Positions 20,359 to 29,532 of a stretch of 64,000 nt of DNA are shown here, piece after piece. The notes beneath the pieces were generated by a model that saw nothing but the letters and a program-made list of their open reading frames with translations, did no database searches and was not told where the DNA came from. Position numbers and translations under genes: made by a program. The stretch comes from Bacteriovoracaceae bacterium. GTDB taxonomy: Bacteria; Bdellovibrionota; Bacteriovoracia; Bacteriovoracales; Bacteriovoracaceae. The stretch lies in NCBI GenBank assembly GCA_048270185.1, contig JBLWTJ010000002.1, positions 192,001 through 256,000 on the forward strand, read 5' to 3'. Each line of letters starts with the position of its first letter. Positions within the stretch are counted from its first letter, which is position 1.

Positions 20359-20931
20359 ATGAAGTATTTAAGAAAATCATCCCTATTCACACTTGTTCTT
20401 CTTATGGGCCTTATTGGCTGTAAGGGACTTGGTTCGAGTGCAGACAGCAAAGTAGTTTCGGGAACAGATGGACTTGAAACAATTGGGACTTGTACTCAAC
20501 AAGAAAAAGATGATTACTTTGTCGCTTTTGAAGGATGTGATTATAATCAACTGACATTCTATGTTGTGGATCAAGAGGTCGTTGACTGCTCTGAGGCCAT
20601 CGATACTTTTGTGGCCACTTACGGACAATATAATTGTACGACCACAGATGATGACCACAATACCATTAATATTGGAATTACAAGTTTAAACCAATTACAA
20701 GCAATCAATACTGAAAGAAATGGATACTTAAATGAAGATTCATCTGGAGCAGATTGTTCACAGAACTTAGCTGACTTCATTGCTGATATCGAAGCTAGAA
20801 GTTATGAAATTTCACAAGAAGAACTTGATGAGCTAATCTCACGTCGTGACTATATCGATTGTTCAGTAGGAACAACTTCTTACGATACTGCTGCCATTCA
20901 AGCAATTATTGATCAAGTTACAGTAATTTAA
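20359..20931 (+). CDS. Acidic Cys-rich lipoprotein (paralog A)
   Basis: Lipobox LIGC; six conserved Cys shared with next gene. Confidence 0.7.
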   Translation: MKYLRKSSLFTLVLLMGLIGCKGLGSSADSKVVSGTDGLETIGTCTQQEKDDYFVAFEGCDYNQLTFYVVDQEVVDCSEAIDTFVATYGQYNCTTTDDDHNTINIGITSLNQLQAINTERNGYLNEDSSGADCSQNLADFIADIEARSYEISQEELDELISRRDYIDCSVGTTSYDTAAIQAIIDQVTVI

Positions 20932-20949
20932 TTTAAAGAGATATATAAA

Positions 20950-21519
20950 ATGAAAGGAATTAATTTAGCAGTATTACTACTTTGCCTTACTACGCTTGTA
21001 AGTTGCGATGGAATAATAGAAGCTGGCCCTCGTGTTGAAATATTAAACGCTCTTACGATTACTAATAAATGTACAGATACTGAATATCAAGATTATGCAT
21101 CGACATTTTCTAAATGCTACAATTTAGCTTCTCAACCTTATTTCACAGATGAACAACTCTTGGCCTGTCAGGATGCCCTTGAGCTCTTTACTGAAACTCA
21201 TGGTGAAAAGAATTGTAATGTATTAAATGATCAAGGAAATGGAATAATTGAAGTTGGTCATACTTATCTTTCACAATGGCGTGATAGTGCAGTTAGCATG
21301 AATGAGAATTATCATCAGGATGCATCTGGAGAAGAATGTTCAGATGATCTTGAAACAACAATTAATTTTATCATTGAAAATGATTATGAAGCCTATAGTT
21401 TTCAAAAAGAAAACCTAATCAACCGCGCTATTGTGGTTAATTGCTATATCGATAATGAGTACAACGATGCAAGTACAATCAAAGAAATCGTCGATAAAAT
21501 CGAAGCTAAGGCTTTATAG
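20950..21519 (+). CDS. Acidic Cys-rich lipoprotein (paralog B)
   Basis: Lipobox LVSC; Cys pattern aligns with 20359..20931. Confidence 0.7.
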   Translation: MKGINLAVLLLCLTTLVSCDGIIEAGPRVEILNALTITNKCTDTEYQDYASTFSKCYNLASQPYFTDEQLLACQDALELFTETHGEKNCNVLNDQGNGIIEVGHTYLSQWRDSAVSMNENYHQDASGEECSDDLETTINFIIENDYEAYSFQKENLINRAIVVNCYIDNEYNDASTIKEIVDKIEAKAL

Positions 21520-22990
21520 AAGTGTAAACCTTCTGCTTGCTAATTTCATAAGAGCGCTCCCACAGTTGAATGAACTTCTCAGCAGAATGTTCAATCCCAT
21601 GAGTATCAACACCTAAATGATTTAGATCCGTCATAAGATCAGAAAGCTGATCAATACGACCAAGGCCTGTCGTATCAAAATTTGTTCCAAGTCTTGGAAT
21701 TTTTTGACCTTTGCAATAATCTTCGTCATGATCAGAAAAGCGCGGTCTTGTTTGCGGAATAAAGCCATTAAAGTCGGAACCAAATGCAATATTCACCCCC
21801 ATACTTTGTCCAAATTTTAAAACCTGAGCAAGTGAAAGAGAGCTTCCATCGCAATTATTTTGAATACTCTTATCCACTTGATGAGCAGGATAAGTAATTG
21901 TTCGAATACCAAAGACACCATCAGCTTCTTTAAGTTCTTTAAGTAATTCCCTTGAAGTCGACTTTTCAAAGTGTCCAAGCCCATCCCTTTGAGCATCTCT
22001 AAAGTGTCCATGGGAAAAGTAAAATGGATAATTCTTAGGCTTGATGATTTTAATAACATCATTCATTGTCTGCTCAGACATATGGGCAAAGTCAATTGGC
22101 ATTCCGAGACTTACCATGTGTTCGATAACTTCTTTTCCTTTTTCGGAAAGGCCCTTAGTATTTCTTTCAACTTCCCTGACACCAAAATCAGTTTTGTACT
22201 CAATCGTCTCCGTATCAAAGCCTTGAAACTTTCCATAGCGAAGCCAATTTCTAATATACTGAGCAAATTTAAGAGGTCCTTTATGAAGAGCTGCTCCGGC
22301 CATTTCATTATCAAATTGGTGTACAATTTGGAGTGTTCTTGCCCCTGCATCCCAGTATGTTTGAAATTCTTTTTGCCAATTTTCGTTTTCAAAAACATTG
22401 CTCGATTCAACAGAGAAGATAATAGCAAGCTTACCTTCTTTAATAATTCTTCTGGCATCCATTGGCGTTAAGGCCAACTCAACCCAGTCATTTGCTTCTA
22501 TAAAAGCTTTTGCATTCTTAAGTTGGCGAAGGTGGTTATCCATATCTTCACAAGAATCGAAGCGTCGACGTGAATCCGGCAGGATCTTACAAAGAACAAA
22601 TGAGTGGACTGATGACATAACCATGAGACTTAATCCATTTTCATGGGCCTTTTTTAGATCCTGATACCAAACTTGTTGGTGGGCCAGATCATTCCACGCA
22701 GGAAATGATTTCTCAAAAGGGACACAATGATTACGATAAAGAAATGAGCTAATATAGGGATCAACATCTTCTATCACACCCTTAAACCATGGCCAAGTCT
22801 CACCTTCTTTACAGTAGTTAAAAAGATCCTCTCTCTTCTTTGCAGCAGGATCTCCAAGGGACCAAGCACCTGCAAAGGCATCATTGGCATACATGTGTAC
22901 ATGGAGGTCTGCGTAGCCCTTTACGGCCTTATCACTTGCAAATAGATGTGAAGATATAAGTATGAGAATTGAAAAGAATATTTTTTTCAT
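21506..22990 (-). CDS. Secreted amidohydrolase, membrane dipeptidase (M19)-like
   Basis: GYADLHVH, IDFAHMS, FSHG, FGSDFNG; signal peptide. Confidence 0.8.
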   Translation of the reverse strand: MKKIFFSILILISSHLFASDKAVKGYADLHVHMYANDAFAGAWSLGDPAAKKREDLFNYCKEGETWPWFKGVIEDVDPYISSFLYRNHCVPFEKSFPAWNDLAHQQVWYQDLKKAHENGLSLMVMSSVHSFVLCKILPDSRRRFDSCEDMDNHLRQLKNAKAFIEANDWVELALTPMDARRIIKEGKLAIIFSVESSNVFENENWQKEFQTYWDAGARTLQIVHQFDNEMAGAALHKGPLKFAQYIRNWLRYGKFQGFDTETIEYKTDFGVREVERNTKGLSEKGKEVIEHMVSLGMPIDFAHMSEQTMNDVIKIIKPKNYPFYFSHGHFRDAQRDGLGHFEKSTSRELLKELKEADGVFGIRTITYPAHQVDKSIQNNCDGSSLSLAQVLKFGQSMGVNIAFGSDFNGFIPQTRPRFSDHDEDYCKGQKIPRLGTNFDTTGLGRIDQLSDLMTDLNHLGVDTHGIEHSAEKFIQLWERSYEISKQKVYTSIKP

Positions 22991-23039
22991 GACTAAGTAA
23001 ACCCCTAAATTGACTTACTTAATCCTAGCATAAATATTT

Positions 23040-24743
23040 CTAGATTTTAAAGTCCTCACAGGCCTTTAAATCATCTGATTTATCTAATTTCGCCTGACAG
23101 CTAAGAAATGCATATCCTCTGGCATAAGAGAGGATTTTCTTAATATTATCAGCACGTTCGACAGCTTTCGCTCTGTGGCAAGCAATTGTGTTTTCACTAC
23201 AATTGGCATCGACTTTCTTGTAATTACTTTTAAAGAATGAAACCGCATTCTTTTGGGCCTCATTACCACTTTGCTCAACTTTCTTAATACAATTTGAAAT
23301 TGTTGATGAAAGTATATCGTAAGTTGAGCGTGATCGAGCAGACAGTCCATAAGGCTTTCCACTTTTTGAAAGCTCATAAGAAACCTTTCTAAGCTTTCTC
23401 TCACCTCCATAAATCTTATTCTCTCTTTCAAATTGCAGAATATCTGAAACAGCAATCTGCATTCCTTTCGATCGATAGCTTAAGGCACACTTATTAGCCT
23501 TGCGTTCATCTTGATAGATTGTTTTACAAAGAGTTTTGGCAAGATTTTCTGAGCGAGCTGAATCAGCATAGTAACTTCGACTTGAACTATGTGAGCTAGC
23601 AAAACTACAATGAACAGGAGTATTGAGAGCAGGGTCACTCATGATCTTTGACTCTTCAGTAACAAGTGGACCAATCTTATCAAATTCGGCTTCATCATTA
23701 GAAATCAGTTCTTCTAACTTTTGCTTTAGACCTTCTGGTTCAGGAATATTAGCAGGATCAACTTTGGCAATCTTTGCAAGAGTCGCTTTATCAGCTCCTG
23801 AATCAATTTTTAGTTTTGAGACAATTTCTTCAACCGTTTCAATTTCTTTATCTCTTTTTTCTGTTAGAACTCCAATATTGGACTGACATACTGGCCGGAA
23901 TTCTTCGTTTTGATATTTCGAATATTTTGCAAAGTTAACTTGTTTCTCATCGCCACAACCAGAGATTTGATTAGTATCATCATAAATTCGCTGAAGAACG
24001 GTTGCTCCATCTTTATAATCAATATTAACTAATTTTGGTTCTTGATTGATAAGTAAATCAAGGTGTAGATCCGCTAAGCTCTTCCCTTTATTGTCTTTCA
24101 AGTGCGAGAAGGCATTATTTATATATTCACTATGAGCGGAACTAAAGGCACCTGTTGATGTCATGACACAACCAAGCCCTTTAAAGACATCAGTTGAAGC
24201 ACCACTCTTACAAGAGTAGTCCATGATCGCAAGCTTTGGTTTATCACAACCTGAATCTTCACTTCTCTTTTGCTTAAGTAATTTTGCAATTTGGTCGGCG
24301 TAAATTCTTTCTGATTTTTGATCTGCGCCGACACCATTGATTGAGTGACGAGCATAAGATTGCTTAGTCTTTGGATCATAGTAATTTCTAGAACCGTGAG
24401 CAACAAAGTTTAACATGAATTGCTCAGGCCTCTCACTACAAGGCTTATTATAGATAAATTCAATCGATTTTTTTAAGTTATCATATGTGAATGGTCTAGA
24501 GTACGAACCAGAATCAGTTGAGAAATCTTTGGCCGTCTTCTCATTCCCAAATAAACTCTTAACAACGTAGCCCGAATCTTTAAGCATTTTACGTGCATGA
24601 ACATTTTGTTCTTGAACAAACTTCGCCCCACCTTCATGATCAGCACCAACAGTAAGAGCGATCTTCTTTGGCGGATCTTTCTTTGTTTGAGCAAGTACGC
24701 TAATCGAACTAAAGAATATTAGAAATGATAGAATTACTTGCAA
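23040..24743 (-). CDS. Secreted protein with clan CD (caspase/legumain-like) peptidase motifs
   Basis: FMLNFVAHG and IMDYSCKSG; signal peptide. Confidence 0.55.
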   Translation of the reverse strand: MQVILSFLIFFSSISVLAQTKKDPPKKIALTVGADHEGGAKFVQEQNVHARKMLKDSGYVVKSLFGNEKTAKDFSTDSGSYSRPFTYDNLKKSIEFIYNKPCSERPEQFMLNFVAHGSRNYYDPKTKQSYARHSINGVGADQKSERIYADQIAKLLKQKRSEDSGCDKPKLAIMDYSCKSGASTDVFKGLGCVMTSTGAFSSAHSEYINNAFSHLKDNKGKSLADLHLDLLINQEPKLVNIDYKDGATVLQRIYDDTNQISGCGDEKQVNFAKYSKYQNEEFRPVCQSNIGVLTEKRDKEIETVEEIVSKLKIDSGADKATLAKIAKVDPANIPEPEGLKQKLEELISNDEAEFDKIGPLVTEESKIMSDPALNTPVHCSFASSHSSSRSYYADSARSENLAKTLCKTIYQDERKANKCALSYRSKGMQIAVSDILQFERENKIYGGERKLRKVSYELSKSGKPYGLSARSRSTYDILSSTISNCIKKVEQSGNEAQKNAVSFFKSNYKKVDANCSENTIACHRAKAVERADNIKKILSYARGYAFLSCQAKLDKSDDLKACEDFKI

Positions 24744-25081
24744 GACATTTCCTTTTTAAGAGTGAACCCTTCTTTCTTAATCGCCGAGACTTGTTGTATT
24801 GGAGAAGATAGTGCTTTTGCCAATATCTCATCTCTTATGCTTTCAACTTCAATATCCATTTTAATATCACGGCCACTAAAGTAATTAAGACTATATTGGC
24901 CTTCACTTAGTTTTATCTTAAATTTCGATAACTTAGACTCTCCTAGAATAAGCTCGCACCCCTGTGCTCCTTGGCAATTTAACTTTGCAAATACTTGATA
25001 TTGCCCGCATTTATCTATCTTCTGATCAGAATCAAAGGCATGGGCACTAGCTAGAATGAAGAATAAGATGAATTGTTTCAC
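24734..25081 (-). CDS. Small secreted hypothetical protein
   Basis: Signal peptide AHA; 4 Cys; overlaps next gene. Confidence 0.6.
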   Translation of the reverse strand: MKQFILFFILASAHAFDSDQKIDKCGQYQVFAKLNCQGAQGCELILGESKLSKFKIKLSEGQYSLNYFSGRDIKMDIEVESIRDEILAKALSSPIQQVSAIKKEGFTLKKEMSCK

Positions 25082-25181
25082 CTTTAAATTATCGGTAAAT
25101 CATTAAAATTACTTTACTCCGTTTTGACGGCAGTCCACAATATCTTGTAGAATTTTTAAGGACTTACAAAGGGAGTATAAA

Positions 25182-25385
25182 ATGACAAAGGAATTAGCGG
25201 CCCATAATGTTGGTGTTGAAGAGTTTAAAGGAAATAAAATTTTTAAAATCTACAAAGTCGATGATGAAGGTAATGAGCTTGAAAAGTACGGAACAGTAGT
25301 AAGCTTTGGTGTAACGAAAGCACGTTATATTCTAGAAAATATCGATCAGATTAAGAAATTTGTTGAAACATTTGATAATGAATAA
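25182..25385 (+). CDS. Small hypothetical protein
   Basis: GGGAG RBS; 67 aa; followed by terminator. Confidence 0.7.
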   Translation: MTKELAAHNVGVEEFKGNKIFKIYKVDDEGNELEKYGTVVSFGVTKARYILENIDQIKKFVETFDNE

Positions 25386-25388
25386 GAA

Positions 25389-25412
25389 AAGAGGTCATTA
25401 AAATGACCTCTT
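25389..25412. terminator. Intrinsic terminator between convergent genes
   Basis: AAGAGGTCATT-aa-AATGACCTCTT inverted repeat. Confidence 0.75.
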
Positions 25413-25431
25413 CAATGTAATTGCTTATTTC

Positions 25432-25914
25432 TTACTGCTTATTATAGTAATAAATTGGTGATCCACCTGCCTCACGACAAGTTTTGTAATTTGTAAAAGT
25501 ATCTTGAACACTTAACTTTAGTTTTCCATCAGCATATTCATAATCAAAGATTGACCCAGCTGACTCGACACCAAAGTGTTGCTTCTTTAAAATATTCTTC
25601 CATACACCTAGGTTACAATCAACATCAGCAATTTCAAGTCCACCAACATACTGACCTTCACCTACATACTTAAACTCTCCAGCATTAACTTGAGTACAAT
25701 TTAAAATATATGGTGCCCATTTCGCACTTTTTGCAATGGCAGTCATTTCAATTGATTCCTCTGCAATTTCAATAGTGACATTATATCTCATGAATGCACC
25801 ACCAAGTTTTAGAACTTGACCTGTCGTACACTCAATACGATCAAGAAGGTACGAGCCTTGTGGAATTGTTGCAAAAGTTGAAAATGCTAATAGTAGTGAT
25901 ACTAAGTACTTCAT
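25432..25914 (-). CDS. Secreted hypothetical protein (possible lipocalin-like barrel)
   Basis: Signal peptide, QGSY.L start, 4 Cys; downstream of TonB receptor. Confidence 0.55.
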   Translation of the reverse strand: MKYLVSLLLAFSTFATIPQGSYLLDRIECTTGQVLKLGGAFMRYNVTIEIAEESIEMTAIAKSAKWAPYILNCTQVNAGEFKYVGEGQYVGGLEIADVDCNLGVWKNILKKQHFGVESAGSIFDYEYADGKLKLSVQDTFTNYKTCREAGGSPIYYYNKQ

Positions 25915-25926
25915 AATTTCTCCGAT

Positions 25927-27972
25927 TTATAAAAGTTTTATCTTATACTGAATACTAAATTTAAAGTTCTGTCCGACTTCATAGAGATATGAGCCATGTC
26001 TCATATACTCAATATCTGCAAGGTTATCAACACGTCCGTGGATTGTCAGTCCTCTAAGCATTCCTGTTAAGAATTCTTTTGAGGCATAAATATTTTGTAG
26101 CGTATAGCCTTCGGTCGCTATTGTTCTCTGTAGCGTATTTGGGTTAACATGATTTTGATCTTCTGTGATAACCAATTCATATCCGAGCTTTAGGCCATAT
26201 TGATCAAGATAGTAATTAAGACCAAGATTATATGTATCGGCCGGCATGTTCTCTAGCCATAGGCCAGATCCTTTTTGATAACCTTCACTTCTTGCAAAAC
26301 CTGCTTTGAGCTCAACTTGATCATAGAGATATGAAAGTCCTAATTCGTGACCTTCAAGTGAAACACGATCGCGGTTAACAAATTGAGTCGTTCCGTCCTT
26401 TCCATCAAAGATTGCATAATCAATAACTTCTTGCTCAATATAATCTTTGGCATGACTCCAGTACTTTGTTGCACGTAGAGTTAAGAGGTCATAAGAATTA
26501 AAGAGCTGCTTTTTGAAGTTAAAACCTAGCTCAAGAGTTTTTGAATGTTCTGGCCTTAAGTTATAATTAGGAACAAAGTAATTATCAGAGATGAAGAAGC
26601 CATCTCCAGGACGGTGTAATCCCTTTGCATAAACTTCTTGTACATCAGGGGAATTAAATCCTTGCGTATAATTTGTAAAAAAATCAATGCCTTTAAAGTG
26701 ATAATTAAATAAAAGACTTGAAGAAAGCTTATTATCACTAATCTTAGAAATCTCTTCATCATCCACGTTCATTTGGTAATCACTCAGTCGAAGCCCGGCT
26801 GTTACACTAAAATCATTCTTCTTATAATTAAGCTGTGAGTATGCTGCAACTTCTTGGATCTCACCATCAGGGTAATCACTTACACTACCCATATTACTAT
26901 TAGATTTAGTATTATCGTGATTAAAGTCTCCACCAATATCAAGTGTTAGCTGATTCGAATAAAGAGGCAGACGATTCTTTAGACGCGCTCCAAATGTTTC
27001 GATATTTCTTTGCTCAACTCGCCCATCACTATCACGTGTTTGTTCGTTAATCTGCTTTGAAGCATAGATATCTGCTTTTAAATTAAGGTACTTATTCGTA
27101 TTAGATTTATTTGTATAATTAACAACTACTGATTCACGATCAACTTTTGTACTCCCCTGAAGTGTTGTTAGATCACTAGGAGGATCAAGAGTAGCATTAA
27201 GTGGTGAGTTATCTTTTAATTGATACTTCTCAGCAGTTAGCTTTAAGTTCTCTCTTGAATTTAATTTAAAATTAAATTTGGCCATAAAGTCAAAGTTCTC
27301 ATAAGCAGAGTTCTCAAGAGTCGAACCATCACTTAGGGCAATATTCTTAGCATCTTTTAAGTTTGCCCCTAACAAGTAGTCCCCATCATCCATTAGGCCA
27401 TAGGTTTTAATACTTTCAGCATTTAAGCGCGACGCCTCTTCATATGAATACTTTAGGCTTGCACCCATCTTCTCGCCAGGGCGTAGGTAGTCACCTCCAT
27501 CCTTTGTGACAAAAGAGAAACCACCTCCAAGACTTATTCCTTGAGAGTAATCTGTATTTGATTTAAAGACTTCAACCTTCTTAATCGTATCTGGGTCTAT
27601 CGCAAGGTATGAGTAATTGTGATTTGAAAAATAAACACTTTGTTTTACACCATCAACATTGATAAAAATCTTATTAGATTCAAGGCCTCGAATCTGAAGC
27701 GTTTCACCAAGCGCACGCGGTCCACCCTTGGTTGTTGCACCTAAAGTATTTTTAACAATATCATCAAGAGATTGCGCAACTTCACTTGCAATATCTTCTT
27801 CAGAGATCTCTTCTTGAAGACCTAAATCGAGGGCCTGTTGATTAGAAGTGGATTCAATTTCATCGGTAATATAAATCGACTCAAGACGATTAACGTCTTG
27901 TGCAAGAGCGAGTGAATTTGTGAGAAGGCCAACAAAAACAAGTTTGTATAGGCCGTCAAACTTTTTTATCAT
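25927..27972 (-). CDS. TonB-dependent receptor, heme/hemoglobin type
   Basis: Plug motif IRGL...VDGV; FNSP..H..PNYNLRPE resembling FRAP/His/NPNL. Confidence 0.8.
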   Translation of the reverse strand: MIKKFDGLYKLVFVGLLTNSLALAQDVNRLESIYITDEIESTSNQQALDLGLQEEISEEDIASEVAQSLDDIVKNTLGATTKGGPRALGETLQIRGLESNKIFINVDGVKQSVYFSNHNYSYLAIDPDTIKKVEVFKSNTDYSQGISLGGGFSFVTKDGGDYLRPGEKMGASLKYSYEEASRLNAESIKTYGLMDDGDYLLGANLKDAKNIALSDGSTLENSAYENFDFMAKFNFKLNSRENLKLTAEKYQLKDNSPLNATLDPPSDLTTLQGSTKVDRESVVVNYTNKSNTNKYLNLKADIYASKQINEQTRDSDGRVEQRNIETFGARLKNRLPLYSNQLTLDIGGDFNHDNTKSNSNMGSVSDYPDGEIQEVAAYSQLNYKKNDFSVTAGLRLSDYQMNVDDEEISKISDNKLSSSLLFNYHFKGIDFFTNYTQGFNSPDVQEVYAKGLHRPGDGFFISDNYFVPNYNLRPEHSKTLELGFNFKKQLFNSYDLLTLRATKYWSHAKDYIEQEVIDYAIFDGKDGTTQFVNRDRVSLEGHELGLSYLYDQVELKAGFARSEGYQKGSGLWLENMPADTYNLGLNYYLDQYGLKLGYELVITEDQNHVNPNTLQRTIATEGYTLQNIYASKEFLTGMLRGLTIHGRVDNLADIEYMRHGSYLYEVGQNFKFSIQYKIKLL

Positions 27973-28048
27973 GCATTCAAACTATCATAAATGAACCCAT
28001 TTTTGGAATGCTTTTCACAATGATGCTAGAAATTACAAGGTCTTGATT

Positions 28049-28645
28049 TTACAATAATTCATATTTAATCGGGATGGCGATCTTTAAGACTTCTGTCTTT
28101 AGAAACTCAGGCATAACAGGGATATCCTCGAGGGCCTTAACTGTCTCAAGGGCCGATTCATTTAGAATATCGTGTTCACTTCCCTTTTGTATTTTTATAT
28201 TTCCCAATTGTCTTGGATATGAAATCTCAAAATACACATCAACCACACCCTGCTTCTTAAGTCTCTTAGCGAGTCTTGGGTAGCGTTTCATGGCAAGGAT
28301 TTGATCGCGGATTTGACTTAGGTACTGGGCCTTCTTCGATTGTTGGCCACTATTTTCAATAACTTGCTCTACTGAAGAATTTTCTAATTCTGTCTTCTTG
28401 GCCACACTTTGCTGCTTCACAACCTGTTTTGCTCTCTTGGCCTCTACTTTCTTGATCTCTTTTGGCATTTGAGTGGCCTTTTTGAGATTGAGCATTCGTC
28501 TGATCTGAATCTTATCTGAGCTATTCTTTGAATAATGAATCTGGTCTAAATCAAGCTGTGTACTTTGGTGAAAACCAAAGAGAATTAGCCCATGCGCTAG
28601 TAGCGACAATGAAATGGATAAAATCGTACGACGAGATTGCATCAC
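28049..28645 (-). CDS. tonB: Energy transducer TonB
   Basis: SLLAHG TM (SHLS-like), YPRLAKR..QG.V.V.F C-terminal domain. Confidence 0.85.
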   Translation of the reverse strand: MMQSRRTILSISLSLLAHGLILFGFHQSTQLDLDQIHYSKNSSDKIQIRRMLNLKKATQMPKEIKKVEAKRAKQVVKQQSVAKKTELENSSVEQVIENSGQQSKKAQYLSQIRDQILAMKRYPRLAKRLKKQGVVDVYFEISYPRQLGNIKIQKGSEHDILNESALETVKALEDIPVMPEFLKTEVLKIAIPIKYELL

Positions 28646-28703
28646 TTATTATTATCACTAATTAGCGCCAATTTCACAATCGAATTAAGCTCTTGTATTT
28701 TTT

Positions 28704-29494
28704 TCAAGCAGCTCTGTCTTCATGAGTTTCTTCAGGCTTTATATTTTCTTGTGGATAGGCTTCAAGTTTAAAAGTTGGGACAACACTCCTTACACGGGCC
28801 TTGTAATCGAGGTACTTATCTCCCCAGTGCCTAATCAGATCACGTTCTTCAATTGATACACCAGCCACGATGTATGAAGTAAACATCAAGCTAAATGAAA
28901 TATGTTCTATCGTCATCTCAGGAGTAAACCAAATACCAATTAGTGCTCCGGTCATAATGGGATGTCGATCAAAAGCATACATAAAGCTCTCCTTAAATGG
29001 AACGGACTTAGTCTCTTGTCCTCTCATATAATTATATGTTTGCTCAAGACCAAACAACTCAAAGTGATTGATGGCAAAGGTAGCAAGAAAGAGATAGGCC
29101 CACCCTGCTAATGCAATAGCAGTAATTAAGTGGCCACTGTTTCGTTTTCAATATTCCATAAGAGAGTCTCATTACGCGGCCAAAATAAGAGAACTCCATG
29201 TAGAACGATCCCAGTTGTTAAAACAAAGAGAGATCGTTCCGCTTCAACTGGAATATCTTTATAAACAAAACGCTTAAAACTACCGCGGGCCATAACAGTA
29301 TGTTGGATAGCAAAAGTTGAAGTTAAAACGAGACATGAAAGAACAGAAATAAAGATAGAATTAGGAGTAAAGTCGATCACTCCATATTGAAAAGGAATCA
29401 CTCCAAGCATTGTTCCAATCCATGCAACAAGAGAACTAACACCTACGAGGTAACTAAAGACTCCAAAGGCAAAAACACCATAACGCTTTAACAT
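28704..29494 (-). pseudogene. mddA: Methanethiol S-methyltransferase (MddA)-like gene split by a 1-bp frameshift
   Basis: ORF 29126..29494 (FAIQHTVMAR..ERS) and ORF 28704..29057 (RHPIM..EERDL) join into TLITAIALAGWAYLFLATFAINHFELFGLEQ if one base is restored near 29128. Confidence 0.75.
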
Positions 29495-29532
29495 ATTTCC
29501 ATCCTTTTTATAGTTCAGACTATAATTACAAT

